64,000 nt of DNA from a virus (lineage: Duplodnaviria > Heunggongvirae > Uroviricota > Caudoviricetes). A program made the position numbers and the translations under genes. Positions within the stretch are counted from its first letter, which is position 1; each line of letters begins with the position of its first letter. Positions 22,001 through 31,507 of this stretch are shown here, piece after piece. The stretch lies in the IMG/VR virus record IMGVR_UViG_3300008108_000006; one strand, 5' to 3'. The notes under the pieces were generated by a model. The model searched no databases. It was not told the DNA's origin and worked only from the letters and a program-made list of their open reading frames with translations.

Positions 22001-23922
22001 TATATAGAAATGTCTGATAATTGAGCAATGTCCGAAACAACATTACCCTCGGTCCAATTAGATGTGCTTGAATCGGAATATTCATCCTGATCGGTTTGAC
22101 TACAATCGCACGATTCACAATCGGGATATGATAGGTTGGAAAGTGCTAACCCTTTTGTTAATACATTAATATTTGGACAATCAACTCTATCTAATTTTTT
22201 AGTGCTAAATCCTAATTTTTGTAAAAAACCAATTAATATATTAATAACATTCACAATACCCTTAACAAAGTTACACAACAACCATTGAACAAAATAAAAT
22301 ATAGGAACCAAAATATGTAATGCAATAGTTAAAGGAACAATTAATAAACCAAGTATTGTTAAAAAGAAATTTACAATAATAATTTGGAAATTATTATCTC
22401 TAAACGCATCGGTCACAGGAAACTTATTAACCTCACCTTCACACGTCGGATCGGTAACTTGTTTAATACCAATAAATCTTTGTCTGTTTGCACCTTTTCT
22501 ATAATAATCAATGAATTGAGAAATAGTATAAATTTTATTATATTCAAATTTATAAAAAGTGTCCTCACAATTTATAGCAGCATCAACATCATAATAATCA
22601 TCCCAATCCAAACTAAAAGCATATGATTTTTTTACCGCCAAAAACGCAGCAGGATCGTCGGGAACATTATTTTGGTTACTTGTATATTTTGCAGGATCCA
22701 CACTTGAACTTGTCCAACCATGTTCTTTAATGTTTGGAACTAAGAAATTTGCTCGTTTAATACCCACTTCAAAACCCCTTGGTTGATCCCAAGATACCTT
22801 AAATCTATATTTCGCACTTGTGGGAATACCAACTGTAGGATCTTTACTTATCACTCTTTCACCAAATTCATTTGTGGTAACATAGTCCATATTCATAGGA
22901 ATCTCAATTAACCACGTTCCGTTTTCATCAATAACTTTTCCGTTGTTTTCTAAATTGAATTGTTCTAAAACAGGAAACCCATTCACGTCTAATCCAACAG
23001 TTTGACGAATTGATAGTATTTGACCCGGACCTACTGTCGCATTACACAACTTACCTAATCTTTTACCCGTTTTACATCCATTACTGTCTCCCGAATTATT
23101 TCTTTTACTTCTATTGATAGCATCCTCATCATTGTTGGAAAAGATTGACCCCATAAAGGTCGCGGTTGGATTTATATTCAACCCAAATTCTTTTCTTAAA
23201 TCAAAATCTTTTCTTGTAATACTAATATTACAAACTTCACTATCACCCCAAAATGGTTCTACTTGAATATTTTTTGCTAATGTAATTATTTGAGGTAATT
23301 CCGATAAATTTGTCGAACTCTTAAATTTGATACCATCCAATTGTTCGGGCGTTGCTTTTCCTGCTCGGATTAAATCTTGTGGTGATAATGAAAACTCACC
23401 AATGTCGGACACATCCATATCCATAAACAAAACGTAATCACCAATAGGAACACCAAAAATCATAAAGTCCCCACTCTCGTTTGTCTTTACCACATATTTG
23501 TAATAGGTATCATATACTTGAATAACCGTTTGATCGGTTAATGCGTCAGTTTCCGATGGAAAAGTTCCGGTCGGTGTGTGACCTTCATACGACTGAATAT
23601 AAGGTAATAGATTGTATCTATAACCATCTTCATTAATATCCGATACTTGAGTATATGGATAAAGAGCGGAAATAACAGGATCTTGAGTATCCGCCTCAGT
23701 AATCGGAATAAATACAGATATTCTAACATTAGGTATCCCTAATCCTCCGTTGGCAATCACCCTACCAACAACAACCCCATAATCAGCACAGGATCTCGTA
23801 TAATCATTTGCTTGTTGAATTTTCAAAGAAAGTATCTCCAAAAACTCATAATCCTGTTCTAAATTGATTTTAATATTTTGATCAATTCCTACTTCAGTAC
23901 GAATCCTATATGTATTTGACAT
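19084..23922 (-). CDS. Large baseplate/tail-associated protein with a hydrophobic membrane-like segment
   Basis: 1612 aa; N-terminal GVVVGRVIANGGLGIPNVRISVF beta-sandwich; long hydrophobic stretch FQIIIVNFFLTILGLLIVPLTIALHILVPIFYFVQWLL followed by YPDCESCDC. Confidence 0.55.
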   Translation of the reverse strand: MSNTYRIRTEVGIDQNIKINLEQDYEFLEILSLKIQQANDYTRSCADYGVVVGRVIANGGLGIPNVRISVFIPITEADTQDPVISALYPYTQVSDINEDGYRYNLLPYIQSYEGHTPTGTFPSETDALTDQTVIQVYDTYYKYVVKTNESGDFMIFGVPIGDYVLFMDMDVSDIGEFSLSPQDLIRAGKATPEQLDGIKFKSSTNLSELPQIITLAKNIQVEPFWGDSEVCNISITRKDFDLRKEFGLNINPTATFMGSIFSNNDEDAINRSKRNNSGDSNGCKTGKRLGKLCNATVGPGQILSIRQTVGLDVNGFPVLEQFNLENNGKVIDENGTWLIEIPMNMDYVTTNEFGERVISKDPTVGIPTSAKYRFKVSWDQPRGFEVGIKRANFLVPNIKEHGWTSSSVDPAKYTSNQNNVPDDPAAFLAVKKSYAFSLDWDDYYDVDAAINCEDTFYKFEYNKIYTISQFIDYYRKGANRQRFIGIKQVTDPTCEGEVNKFPVTDAFRDNNFQIIIVNFFLTILGLLIVPLTIALHILVPIFYFVQWLLCNFVKGIVNVINILIGFLQKLGFSTKKLDRVDCPNINVLTKGLALSNLSYPDCESCDCSQTDQDEYSDSSTSNWTEGNVVSDIAQLSDISIYDVNNLGLADDSQKNKVSNIIAGNQEVSPGLKVPVSLPDGWENINDWRSRDLTLAERINLFNTKSKFFNNDVAAFNFGDGVKGLNQIKVTIRPDLTANTGKFHYDNVIAVMVNPGALDNYVPGTILSFVDPTLSNDPNPMVTYTGTTQTGTSGRTVNKTQLTISYANPASDTAPELTTTYAVTQTDETRHLRFAADIEYFQVIQGYKISDILNNPNLNTSFNVSDINNRHGFFWEYVYNSSKVFRGSDTNNPIILNPMMQIQNYQDYVVLFLVRGVDPNSQKMKVSYDLSRMFSKPYGTVVVTGDYKLNHPIRNRQVNAGSSLRLPNHDSITTNSTVSNGQRVFFPSFSISATTFIPYQTGNLKYYSALDINTITNGYLIDNSLSNTNLTTGEINYNLAYFYLTAPNTRKNKLVNNGNSYRGYIQDEYVDGGGYQFYDNTAQYWAPTYGTLTTTVSSQSYLVLRTDRLPTSSNVETYGNNGYALMQNRNFFIQIFNEDGSAVPNPGSSADQILYNPTEDKDDSPDDIQIITATTAAYSCEGMTAMDCLTSVNGEFTLLPSSGECNTNVRNKLVVTQGCYRLVTAPIVSLFGRNNDIKLATEWLSRFRITNAACQGAFAHSFFNSWVNGTLFMYPYKNDRFFDGNNNPYFRYCTDTIFQYSGSTTKRSFYYRSSPYNDNTNKFIGRETDYNRGSNTKNLMSPTTILDLGPKFSWSSQINLGPQYEGYIANRLQTTSFSSIDDLLFLFLSSRLMNSTFFGKAFGLGAGSIEAFFNRQEKVNGDYAQMLQTNSTFGIKPFDFDAYQDSSDSPIYVDTNVFGVFYDSETETRDLVSPKRLVRLQTPSQIFADYIPTNSQEVPFYYWTLDLEDGVIFGSEDNTWVTDSATFYSKKYQQLDRTNAPYFQPSPNNYEDRRGYIYQKDNNGNYFARVVPGSNNSKIIQGNPWYFYFGLKKGKTSLDRFFALYVTGEIDND

Positions 23923-23993
23923 TAAATCTCTTTTTGAATAAATAGTTTATACACCATTTTCAAAAAATAATTTAATAAATATAAAAGTGTATC

Positions 23994-25832
23994 TTATGAA
24001 AAACTTACCTGAGTTAAATTCTTAACCCTAACCGTAATGTCTTTATTCGGATATCTAACTTGATAAATTTGTGATGGTGTTGCAAATATTGTTTGATCAA
24101 CCAATCCAATTTTTTTGGTAGTATCATCCTCATACGGTTGTGATGTTTCGGATGAACTGTATTCACCACCAACCTTACCATAGAAACTAATATCCGATAC
24201 AGAAATAACCCCGTTTTGGGCTTGGACTAACCTATTAATATCCGAAGCAAACACATTTTGACCTAATTGTCTTGTAAGTGGGTTCATATATGTGGATATT
24301 AAATCAATGATAGATGAAACCACAACACCTTGGTTTTGTGCCCCATCCAAAACAACTGATAAATCAACCGCTAAATCTAAAACCTCGGCAACATCAATTT
24401 GAACATAATCATTCATCATTCTATAGTTTGATAGATATGTTGCCAAATTATTTTTCAATGTGTTTGATACTGTTTGCGTTAATTTACCTGTAGTATCATA
24501 AGATAATATTTGTATTTTAATTTTATTATCTTCTTCAACTATTGCCACTTTTGCCGGTGCACCAAATTTAGATGGCATTTTTCTAATTATTGCTTCATAA
24601 TCATTAACTGTTACCGCTCTATTTTGTGCCGCAAAGTTATATGAAACAAAATTTCTAACTTCTTCAATATTTGGTTGGTTAGCACCACCCACCGCAGCGG
24701 TAACATTATTAACCCTCAATGAATTAACAACACTCGTATTAATATCTTGTGATGGACCAACCACACTAAAATCAATAGTTCCAAGTGTATTAATAGCACT
24801 CACACCTATGTTTGATGATAAACCACCACCTATTCTATATTGAATAAAAAATGTTGTATTTACCGTCGGTGCATTACCCAACGCCAAAGTATTTTGATAG
24901 TTTGATAAATTAATCGGTACCCCCAATCTTGTAAATTCTCTTAATTGATCTTCTGCAGAATTAGTTCCACCACCAAAAGTTAGTTTGAAATACCCTTCGG
25001 GTGTATATTCTGTAATAAATCTATTATCCGTTTGAATATATTGCCCAACTTTAACACCGGGATTGTCAGATGTTTTTGTGGGATCCTCAATAAACACTCT
25101 ATCTTGGATTAACGCATCAACCTCATACCATTTTCCCTCTAAAGTTAAAAAGTCTTGATTTGATGGTGTATTAACATAAGATGTACCATCTTTTTGAATG
25201 ATTGCAGTGACTCCCAAAACATTTTTCTCGGGAAGAAATACCTCCAAAAATGGTCTAACGTCCGATGTATTAATAACCTTCTTTAATACCTTAGTAATAC
25301 CATTCACAATTACTTCACGTTTTGTGATTGTATAGTTAATTAAATTTCCATTAGCATCAAAGTTTGGAATCTTTAATCGGTTTGGATACCCCTCATTATT
25401 GAAGGGTGATGAAAAATCACAATCATTAACCAATTCAAAAACTTGTCCCGAACCAACCGCCTGTGATCCCGCTCTTAACATACCCAAATATCTAGTGTCT
25501 TCCTTATCACCAAACGCAGGAACCGTAATTGAAAAATCAGCCAAGGCAACAGATGGTCTCTGCCCCGGAATCTTTAAACCATACGTCCTTGCAATATTAT
25601 ATATTGACGTTTTTTGTTGAGCATATTGAAGAACTGTTTCTTGAATACTTCTGTCAATGTGATAATGTAAATTATCCGCAACCGCAGCGTTTAGGTCCAA
25701 AAAAACCGAAAATAACGCAGCGTCATTAACGTTTTGAATTAATTCGGGGTAATATGTGCTAACATATCCAACCAACTCATCTCTTAACTCTTGAAAGTCG
25801 CGAGGAACATATGATATTTTTTTATTTGCCAT
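23994..25832 (-). CDS. Baseplate wedge subunit (T4 gp6 / baseplate J-like)
   Basis: RDFQELRDEL start, IYNIARTYG, YRIGGG, GGAN and AQNRAVTVNDY motifs typical of the gp6/BplJ family; adjacent to a gp25-like gene. Confidence 0.85.
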   Translation of the reverse strand: MANKKISYVPRDFQELRDELVGYVSTYYPELIQNVNDAALFSVFLDLNAAVADNLHYHIDRSIQETVLQYAQQKTSIYNIARTYGLKIPGQRPSVALADFSITVPAFGDKEDTRYLGMLRAGSQAVGSGQVFELVNDCDFSSPFNNEGYPNRLKIPNFDANGNLINYTITKREVIVNGITKVLKKVINTSDVRPFLEVFLPEKNVLGVTAIIQKDGTSYVNTPSNQDFLTLEGKWYEVDALIQDRVFIEDPTKTSDNPGVKVGQYIQTDNRFITEYTPEGYFKLTFGGGTNSAEDQLREFTRLGVPINLSNYQNTLALGNAPTVNTTFFIQYRIGGGLSSNIGVSAINTLGTIDFSVVGPSQDINTSVVNSLRVNNVTAAVGGANQPNIEEVRNFVSYNFAAQNRAVTVNDYEAIIRKMPSKFGAPAKVAIVEEDNKIKIQILSYDTTGKLTQTVSNTLKNNLATYLSNYRMMNDYVQIDVAEVLDLAVDLSVVLDGAQNQGVVVSSIIDLISTYMNPLTRQLGQNVFASDINRLVQAQNGVISVSDISFYGKVGGEYSSSETSQPYEDDTTKKIGLVDQTIFATPSQIYQVRYPNKDITVRVKNLTQVSFS

Positions 25833-25836
25833 AATA

Positions 25837-26298
25837 TTAAATATTGATAATTACAAAATCACTAGGACTAAACACATCAGATGTAATAGTATAATCTATT
25901 CTAACTCTAGCAGTATATTCCGATGTTGCTTGATTAGGTATATACAACTCCTGATTAAATGTATTCCCAATATTTGACACCAATAAAGTTTCCTCTTCAT
26001 CCGATGCCGCAGTTATGGTGATTTTGTTAATTCTTAAATTCGGTATAAATTGTTCAACAGATTTTCTAATCTCATCTTCAATACTCGCAAATGTTGGACC
26101 ATCCATAGGTTCAAATATCAACTCATATAAACGAGTTCCAAATTCAGGTAAAAAATACCTACTACCCTTACGGGTTAGCAATAAATGAATTAAATCACTT
26201 CTAATTTCTTCATTACTAGTATCCGATAAATCAAGATACTTACCATTAAACGAATCCCTAAAAGGAAAGTTTATACCATATGTTATACCATTTGCCAT
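25837..26298 (-). CDS. Baseplate wedge protein, gp25/GPW family
   Basis: IRSDLIHLLLTRKGSRYFLPEFGTRLYELIFEP is the gp25 signature. Confidence 0.9.
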   Translation of the reverse strand: MANGITYGINFPFRDSFNGKYLDLSDTSNEEIRSDLIHLLLTRKGSRYFLPEFGTRLYELIFEPMDGPTFASIEDEIRKSVEQFIPNLRINKITITAASDEEETLLVSNIGNTFNQELYIPNQATSEYTARVRIDYTITSDVFSPSDFVIINI

Positions 26299-26328
26299 AT
26301 TTTATAAATACAACATACTAGAAAAGTA

Positions 26329-26544
26329 TTATTGACCCATCTCCTTTTTTATTTCTTGGATTTTATCATACGTTGTTGTAACAACTTTTCTTTTGTTTAT
26401 CATCTCTTGTCTCGTCTCCTCATCATAAGGACAATGACGACAACCGGATCCACAACAGGATCCCCGATCCAAATGATACTGTTCAGTGAATACTACTTTT
26501 CCACCATCCAGATAATAATGTTTTCCTTCTATAAATTCCTTCAT
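26329..26544 (-). CDS. Small Cys-rich protein (DUF5522-like)
   Basis: HLDRGSCCGSGCRHCPY motif; preceded by an SD-like GGGAGGTG. Confidence 0.7.
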   Translation of the reverse strand: MKEFIEGKHYYLDGGKVVFTEQYHLDRGSCCGSGCRHCPYDEETRQEMINKRKVVTTTYDKIQEIKKEMGQ

Positions 26545-26680
26545 AAATCACACCTCCCAAATAAAACCATTCATGGGTTATACAATTAAAGTTTAGATAA
26601 ACGGCAACATGCCAGTTATATAAATAATACAAAATAAACGGTAAGAGTAAAACTCTAAAAATCGTACCTATCATAAACAT
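26483..26680 (-). CDS. Possible small membrane protein
   Basis: Hydrophobic N-terminus and TATTTAT overlapping the start, but it overlaps the downstream gene by 62 nt. Confidence 0.3.
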   Translation of the reverse strand: MFMIGTIFRVLLLPFILYYLYNWHVAVYLNFNCITHEWFYLGGVIYEGIYRRKTLLSGWWKSSIH

Positions 26681-26693
26681 AAATATTTTAGAT

Positions 26694-26720
26694 AAAAAAG
26701 GGGTGGAATCCCACCCCTTT
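26694..26720 (-). terminator. Rho-independent terminator after the RNR gene
   Basis: Minus strand AAAGGGGTGG-GATT-CCACCCCTTTTTT. Confidence 0.85.
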
Positions 26721-26738
26721 GTTAGACAGTTTAATCAT

Positions 26739-28598
26739 TTATTTAATCTCACAAGCACCACCAGCACAAGCTAACTCACCACTCAAATCAGTATTATCTT
26801 GGGTTTCAACAACCTTTGATAAATCAATAGAGTGAAGTTTTTCAAACATCTCATAATACCTTTCTTCAGTAATATCTTCAAAAGGTGCCTGAATGTAACT
26901 GCCCCCATCGTAAGGTAAAACCGATAATCCATTATAGAAGTTTCTATTATTCCACATCCATTCACCCGCCAATTCCCATTCATCTTCTTTCAAAGAAATG
27001 GTTGCTGATACGTTATGTGAATTAGAACCTGTTCTGTGACCTGGTTTAATCCATTCTTGTGATACACGTTTTACACGATCCAAGATTTGGAATGGACTTT
27101 CAGTTCTCAAAATAGCACCTTCAGGTGATTTTTGTGGAACGGAAATAACCGCAGTGTCGTGAGGACGGAAATACTCATCTTCCACTAACTCGGGGTGATT
27201 CTCTACCAAGTAAGAATAAATTGGTTCATTCTTACCCACACGAACACGACGAACATAATAATCGTTGTGCCAAGCGTGAATACCCGATGAAGTTCCAAGA
27301 GTTAATGATGTAGTTCCCGCAGGTTTTACTGTTGTAGATCTCGCCGCAGGATTGATACCAATGATTTTCGCAACTCGCTCATTCTCTTCATTAGCCATAG
27401 TAGCCGCTTGTGTCATATCATAACCTAACACAGTTCCTGATCCAATACCCGTCATTGATACACCGATCAACGCATCTTTTTCAGTTGTTTTCTTCCAAAT
27501 ATCTCGTAGATAGTGAAAATCAGTATAACCCGCTTGTAATGTTCCAATGAACGCCGCCGCTTTTACTCGGGTGTTGAAGTCTTCTTGTGATTCAATATCT
27601 GATACATTTACCTCACATAAGTTACAAAACTGATATGGTCTCAAAGCGATCTCACAACACGGGTTGGTTCCCCAATCTTTATCGTTTGTAAAGTAGATAC
27701 CGGGTTCTCCCGCACCTGACAACTCAACTCGTTTCCAAAGTTCCATAAAGAATTCTTTGGTGATTTTGTGACGAAGAAGAACTGCCGAGTTATTTGCTCT
27801 ACCACGTTGTGGATTGTTTTCCCACCAAGAACCTGATTTACAAGCAATCATCTCATCATCATCAGCACTAAACAAGGAAATCAAAGCTGCCCTACGAATC
27901 CCACCTGCTAGTACCGCATCCGCAATATGACAAACAATATCATGAACCTCAATCGGACTTAATCTATCACCATCTTCTTTTGAATCTAATACCTTTGTGA
28001 TATTATGAACACAATCTTTTAATGGTTGGGGACCCGGTGCTTTACCACCCGATGTTACCAATGCAGCACCTTTTGGTCGGATATCTGAAAAATCAAAATC
28101 AGGTGTTGATGTGTTTTGACCAAAATATGACTTCATCAATACTTTAATCGCATCCGCCCATCCTTCAATACTATCACCAACCAAGTATCTTCTTTTTCTT
28201 GTTGCCGATGGTTTTCTAATTTCAGGTAATTTATCTACGTGATGTTTCTGAACAGAATAACCAACACCTGTACCACCTAACAATAAGAACATACACTCAG
28301 CAAAACTATCCAAGTGGTCTATCGGTAAGTAAGAACAGTTATAAATTCTGTTTGGTGATATTTCAATTGGTCTTCCCCCAAATTGAAGTGATCTCATTGA
28401 AGGTAACACTTTTTTGTTGTAAACCAACTTATATACTTCTCTAATCTCTGATTCTAAGGATGGATATTTCTTAATGTGCATATCCATATTTCTTGTAACC
28501 AGTTCGTCCCATGTTTCTCTTCTATTTAACTCGGGAACATATTTGGCGTATTTCATATACACCGTTAAATCTGACAAAATCTTCTGTGAAGCGTCCAT
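26739..28598 (-). CDS. nrdJ: Class II (adenosylcobalamin-dependent) ribonucleotide reductase
   Basis: VLPSMRSL, NCSY, GTNPCCEI, FCNLCEVN, TTVKPAGT and C-terminal CAGGACE; no beta subunit nearby. Confidence 0.88.
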   Translation of the reverse strand: MDASQKILSDLTVYMKYAKYVPELNRRETWDELVTRNMDMHIKKYPSLESEIREVYKLVYNKKVLPSMRSLQFGGRPIEISPNRIYNCSYLPIDHLDSFAECMFLLLGGTGVGYSVQKHHVDKLPEIRKPSATRKRRYLVGDSIEGWADAIKVLMKSYFGQNTSTPDFDFSDIRPKGAALVTSGGKAPGPQPLKDCVHNITKVLDSKEDGDRLSPIEVHDIVCHIADAVLAGGIRRAALISLFSADDDEMIACKSGSWWENNPQRGRANNSAVLLRHKITKEFFMELWKRVELSGAGEPGIYFTNDKDWGTNPCCEIALRPYQFCNLCEVNVSDIESQEDFNTRVKAAAFIGTLQAGYTDFHYLRDIWKKTTEKDALIGVSMTGIGSGTVLGYDMTQAATMANEENERVAKIIGINPAARSTTVKPAGTTSLTLGTSSGIHAWHNDYYVRRVRVGKNEPIYSYLVENHPELVEDEYFRPHDTAVISVPQKSPEGAILRTESPFQILDRVKRVSQEWIKPGHRTGSNSHNVSATISLKEDEWELAGEWMWNNRNFYNGLSVLPYDGGSYIQAPFEDITEERYYEMFEKLHSIDLSKVVETQDNTDLSGELACAGGACEIK

Positions 28599-28609
28599 TT
28601 TAATTCTTT

Positions 28610-30004
28610 TTAATTGTTACTATTTTGTTTATTTCCTTCTCGAGACTTACGTTTTTCCATAAGCTCTTTAATTCGGTCTCTTTGCTTTTCTTCTTTCTTT
28701 TCCTCAAAGCCTAGGAACGTAACTGAACTCTCAGTGTCAATCTCCATCATCTTGTTATTGAATTTACAATTCTCAAACACCACACCATCTTTACCCAATC
28801 GCGACTTGGTGATAGCAATGGTTGCCAAATCCATTTCCTTCTGTTGAAGTGTTTTGGCGATAGAGATAATTACGTGACCAACTTGTGCTTTTTTAATGGA
28901 TCCACCCATTTGGTCTGTCGTAACAACCTCTGATGAAATAGATGATCTATTACCTTGTGTTGCTGTCCAACCTGCGATACTCAATTCGTGACACATTGCT
29001 TCAAATCCTCTCATCACTGAACCTTCACTTTTCCATTCATCACCAAGATTCTTGTCCGGAACCACACAATCGATATAATCTAATAATACGATGTCAATTT
29101 TTGTTCCGTCAGCAATTAATTTTCTAACTTGGTTTTTTATTTGGTTCATTGTCATAGTATCAGATGGTAACTTCATCAAAACCAATTCATTTGGCATCGA
29201 GTTTTGAATTTCACGTACCTTATCTAATACCTCATCCTTTTTTTCAGACAATTCATCAGGACTGATGCCGGTCCATATCGTGAAATGTTTTCTCTGAATA
29301 ATTTTAGGATTATCTTCAAAGAAGATTTGTAGAACATTATATCCGTGAGCAAACGCTGTGTTGGCAATTTTAGTTAAGATTGTACTTTTACCCACACCTG
29401 TTGGTGCAAGAATCACTCCAATCTCACCTTTAGCTAATCCTCCATTTAATAAGTTGTCAATACCAGGTATTCCCATCGGAATAGGATGTCTGAAATCATC
29501 ATTTAGAACCTCATCTAGGTTACCAAAGACATCTGACATACCATCCTTTCTCTCACCAACTTGTAACGCCTCACGTACAAGTTCTTCCAACTGATCATAG
29601 TTTTCAAACTCACCATTATCAATTACCTTTTGAGCCTTGGTCATTACTTTCTGTAATTCTTGTTGCTTACAAAACTTCAAAGCCTTTTCCTGAACAAACT
29701 GACTTCCTTCAAATGGACTATTTTTAACTTGGTTAATAGTATCCATAAGGATCTTTAACATCGTTTCATTCGGAAACTCACTCTTAGTTTGTTGCTCCAA
29801 AGTATCAAAAGATGGTGTGCAATCATACTTCTTATAATATTCTTTTATAAGTTGTATTAACGTCTTGAAATACTTGTTATCAAAATACGAGGGTTCAATT
29901 ACGTCTAAAATGCTACGAGCGAAATCTTTGTCAACGATAATCTGATTTAATAATTGTAACTGAAAAGTTTGACCTAGATACTCGAAATTTTTTACTTTAG
30001 ACAT
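28610..30004 (-). CDS. Replicative DNA helicase (DnaB / gp41-like)
   Basis: Walker A APTGVGKS, Walker B LLDYID, TATQGNR and ITKSRLG. Confidence 0.9.
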   Translation of the reverse strand: MSKVKNFEYLGQTFQLQLLNQIIVDKDFARSILDVIEPSYFDNKYFKTLIQLIKEYYKKYDCTPSFDTLEQQTKSEFPNETMLKILMDTINQVKNSPFEGSQFVQEKALKFCKQQELQKVMTKAQKVIDNGEFENYDQLEELVREALQVGERKDGMSDVFGNLDEVLNDDFRHPIPMGIPGIDNLLNGGLAKGEIGVILAPTGVGKSTILTKIANTAFAHGYNVLQIFFEDNPKIIQRKHFTIWTGISPDELSEKKDEVLDKVREIQNSMPNELVLMKLPSDTMTMNQIKNQVRKLIADGTKIDIVLLDYIDCVVPDKNLGDEWKSEGSVMRGFEAMCHELSIAGWTATQGNRSSISSEVVTTDQMGGSIKKAQVGHVIISIAKTLQQKEMDLATIAITKSRLGKDGVVFENCKFNNKMMEIDTESSVTFLGFEEKKEEKQRDRIKELMEKRKSREGNKQNSNN

Positions 30005-30040
30005 ACGATTTTTTTTTAGCTGTTTTGATAAATATACAGG

Positions 30041-30493
30041 TTATAGACTAATGTTCAAATATTCTGTTGTTAAATTTTCAGATGAAAAAATGTCAGTTAA
30101 GTCTTTTAACACTGCTTTAATTTCCGGACGTACATCCACAGTATATCTAACCTTGGGTGGATACACTTTGGCATCAAAATTTCTATGACAAATTGTGTGA
30201 TCGCCCACTTTTACATACATACGGAACTCCTCAGCACCATCCGTGTAAGATGTATTCATAACATTTGGATCTTCCTCAATAATATGTTTATTATCCAATA
30301 GGTAGATTACACTTTTCATCTTCAAATCATATTGAAGTTTTTCACCTAAACCTTTGAAATAATCATAAAACTCCATCGAATTTTTTGCCTTCGGATTGTA
30401 GTTTCTTACATTGAAAAATCGTTGAACTACGATGTTATCATTCAATGTCATTAGAAATTCCATTTTGGTAATTTCTTGTTCTTTTGTACTCAT
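30041..30493 (-). CDS. Hypothetical protein in the replication operon
   Basis: 150 aa ORF overlapping the exonuclease stop by 4 nt. Confidence 0.6.
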   Translation of the reverse strand: MSTKEQEITKMEFLMTLNDNIVVQRFFNVRNYNPKAKNSMEFYDYFKGLGEKLQYDLKMKSVIYLLDNKHIIEEDPNVMNTSYTDGAEEFRMYVKVGDHTICHRNFDAKVYPPKVRYTVDVRPEIKAVLKDLTDIFSSENLTTEYLNISL

Positions 30494-31500
30494 TTTGTTT
30501 GATTTTTTTTGTGATACATTTTTTCTTTTCTCGTAAGTTTCATAAAGGGTCTTACGAAATCAACCCACGCCTCGTCCTTTTTGGGTAAGAACTTGAAAAA
30601 CCCATCTTCCGTCATCATTCGGATTAAATTCCTGTAACCCCTATCCTCGGGATCCAAGGATTCTTCGTAATAATCTCGTACTAATTCTTTCGCATCTTCT
30701 GTAATTAAAGGGTTTGACAAATCTATTATCTGTTCATTGATTTGATAATACTCTTCCCCAAAGATACCTAATTTTGTCTTACCAGTCAAAATATTTTTTA
30801 ATGTATTGTTATCCTTAAATTCCTTTAACAATTCCTCACTTTTTTCTAAAATATACTTGACACTAACAATTTCAGTTTGAACTTCAGGGAAGAATTTTAC
30901 CAACGTTTTTTCACCAAGTCCGTAAATACCATTGATATTGTCCGACTTGTCTCCCATCAAAATTTTTAGAGTTTTTGTGTTTTCTACAGGAACTTTGATC
31001 TCTTGTAAGCTTACCCTATCATTTTTCACAAAAAATTTTCGGTGTGAAGGATTATAAACCCTTACTTTATCATTAACTAATTGTAAATAATCTTTATCTG
31101 CCGAAAATATTGTCTTATCCTCATTCTCTGAAATCAAACAATAATACGCAATCAAATCGTCCGATTCATTGTTAGGAACCTCTAACTGACGAACAAAGAT
31201 CTCCTCCAAATAAGACCTAACTCTTGTCTTCTGATCATCATATGACTGATACTTTTCATCAGTCATTGTATTACGTCTGTTTTCCTTATACTGTGGATAT
31301 ATTTTCTTACGAGTTGATGAATTATTCTCCCCGTCCCAAAACACAATTACTTTGTCGTAATTATTATCCTCCAAAAATTTTCTGATAGTATTCAAAAAGT
31401 GAAAAACCCCACCAATGTGCTTACCATTATGATAAAATTCTCGAACTCCGTGAAATCCAATCTTGAATAGATTGTTGCCATCAATAAGTAGGGTTTTCAC
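30490..31500 (-). CDS. 5'-3' exonuclease / flap endonuclease (PolI N-terminal or T4 RNase H-like)
   Basis: LLIDGNN, YKENR, ESDDLIA, SADKDYLQL and LMGDKSDNINGIYGLGEKT. Confidence 0.92.
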   Translation of the reverse strand: MKTLLIDGNNLFKIGFHGVREFYHNGKHIGGVFHFLNTIRKFLEDNNYDKVIVFWDGENNSSTRKKIYPQYKENRRNTMTDEKYQSYDDQKTRVRSYLEEIFVRQLEVPNNESDDLIAYYCLISENEDKTIFSADKDYLQLVNDKVRVYNPSHRKFFVKNDRVSLQEIKVPVENTKTLKILMGDKSDNINGIYGLGEKTLVKFFPEVQTEIVSVKYILEKSEELLKEFKDNNTLKNILTGKTKLGIFGEEYYQINEQIIDLSNPLITEDAKELVRDYYEESLDPEDRGYRNLIRMMTEDGFFKFLPKKDEAWVDFVRPFMKLTRKEKMYHKKNQTK

Positions 31501-31507
31501 AATTAAA

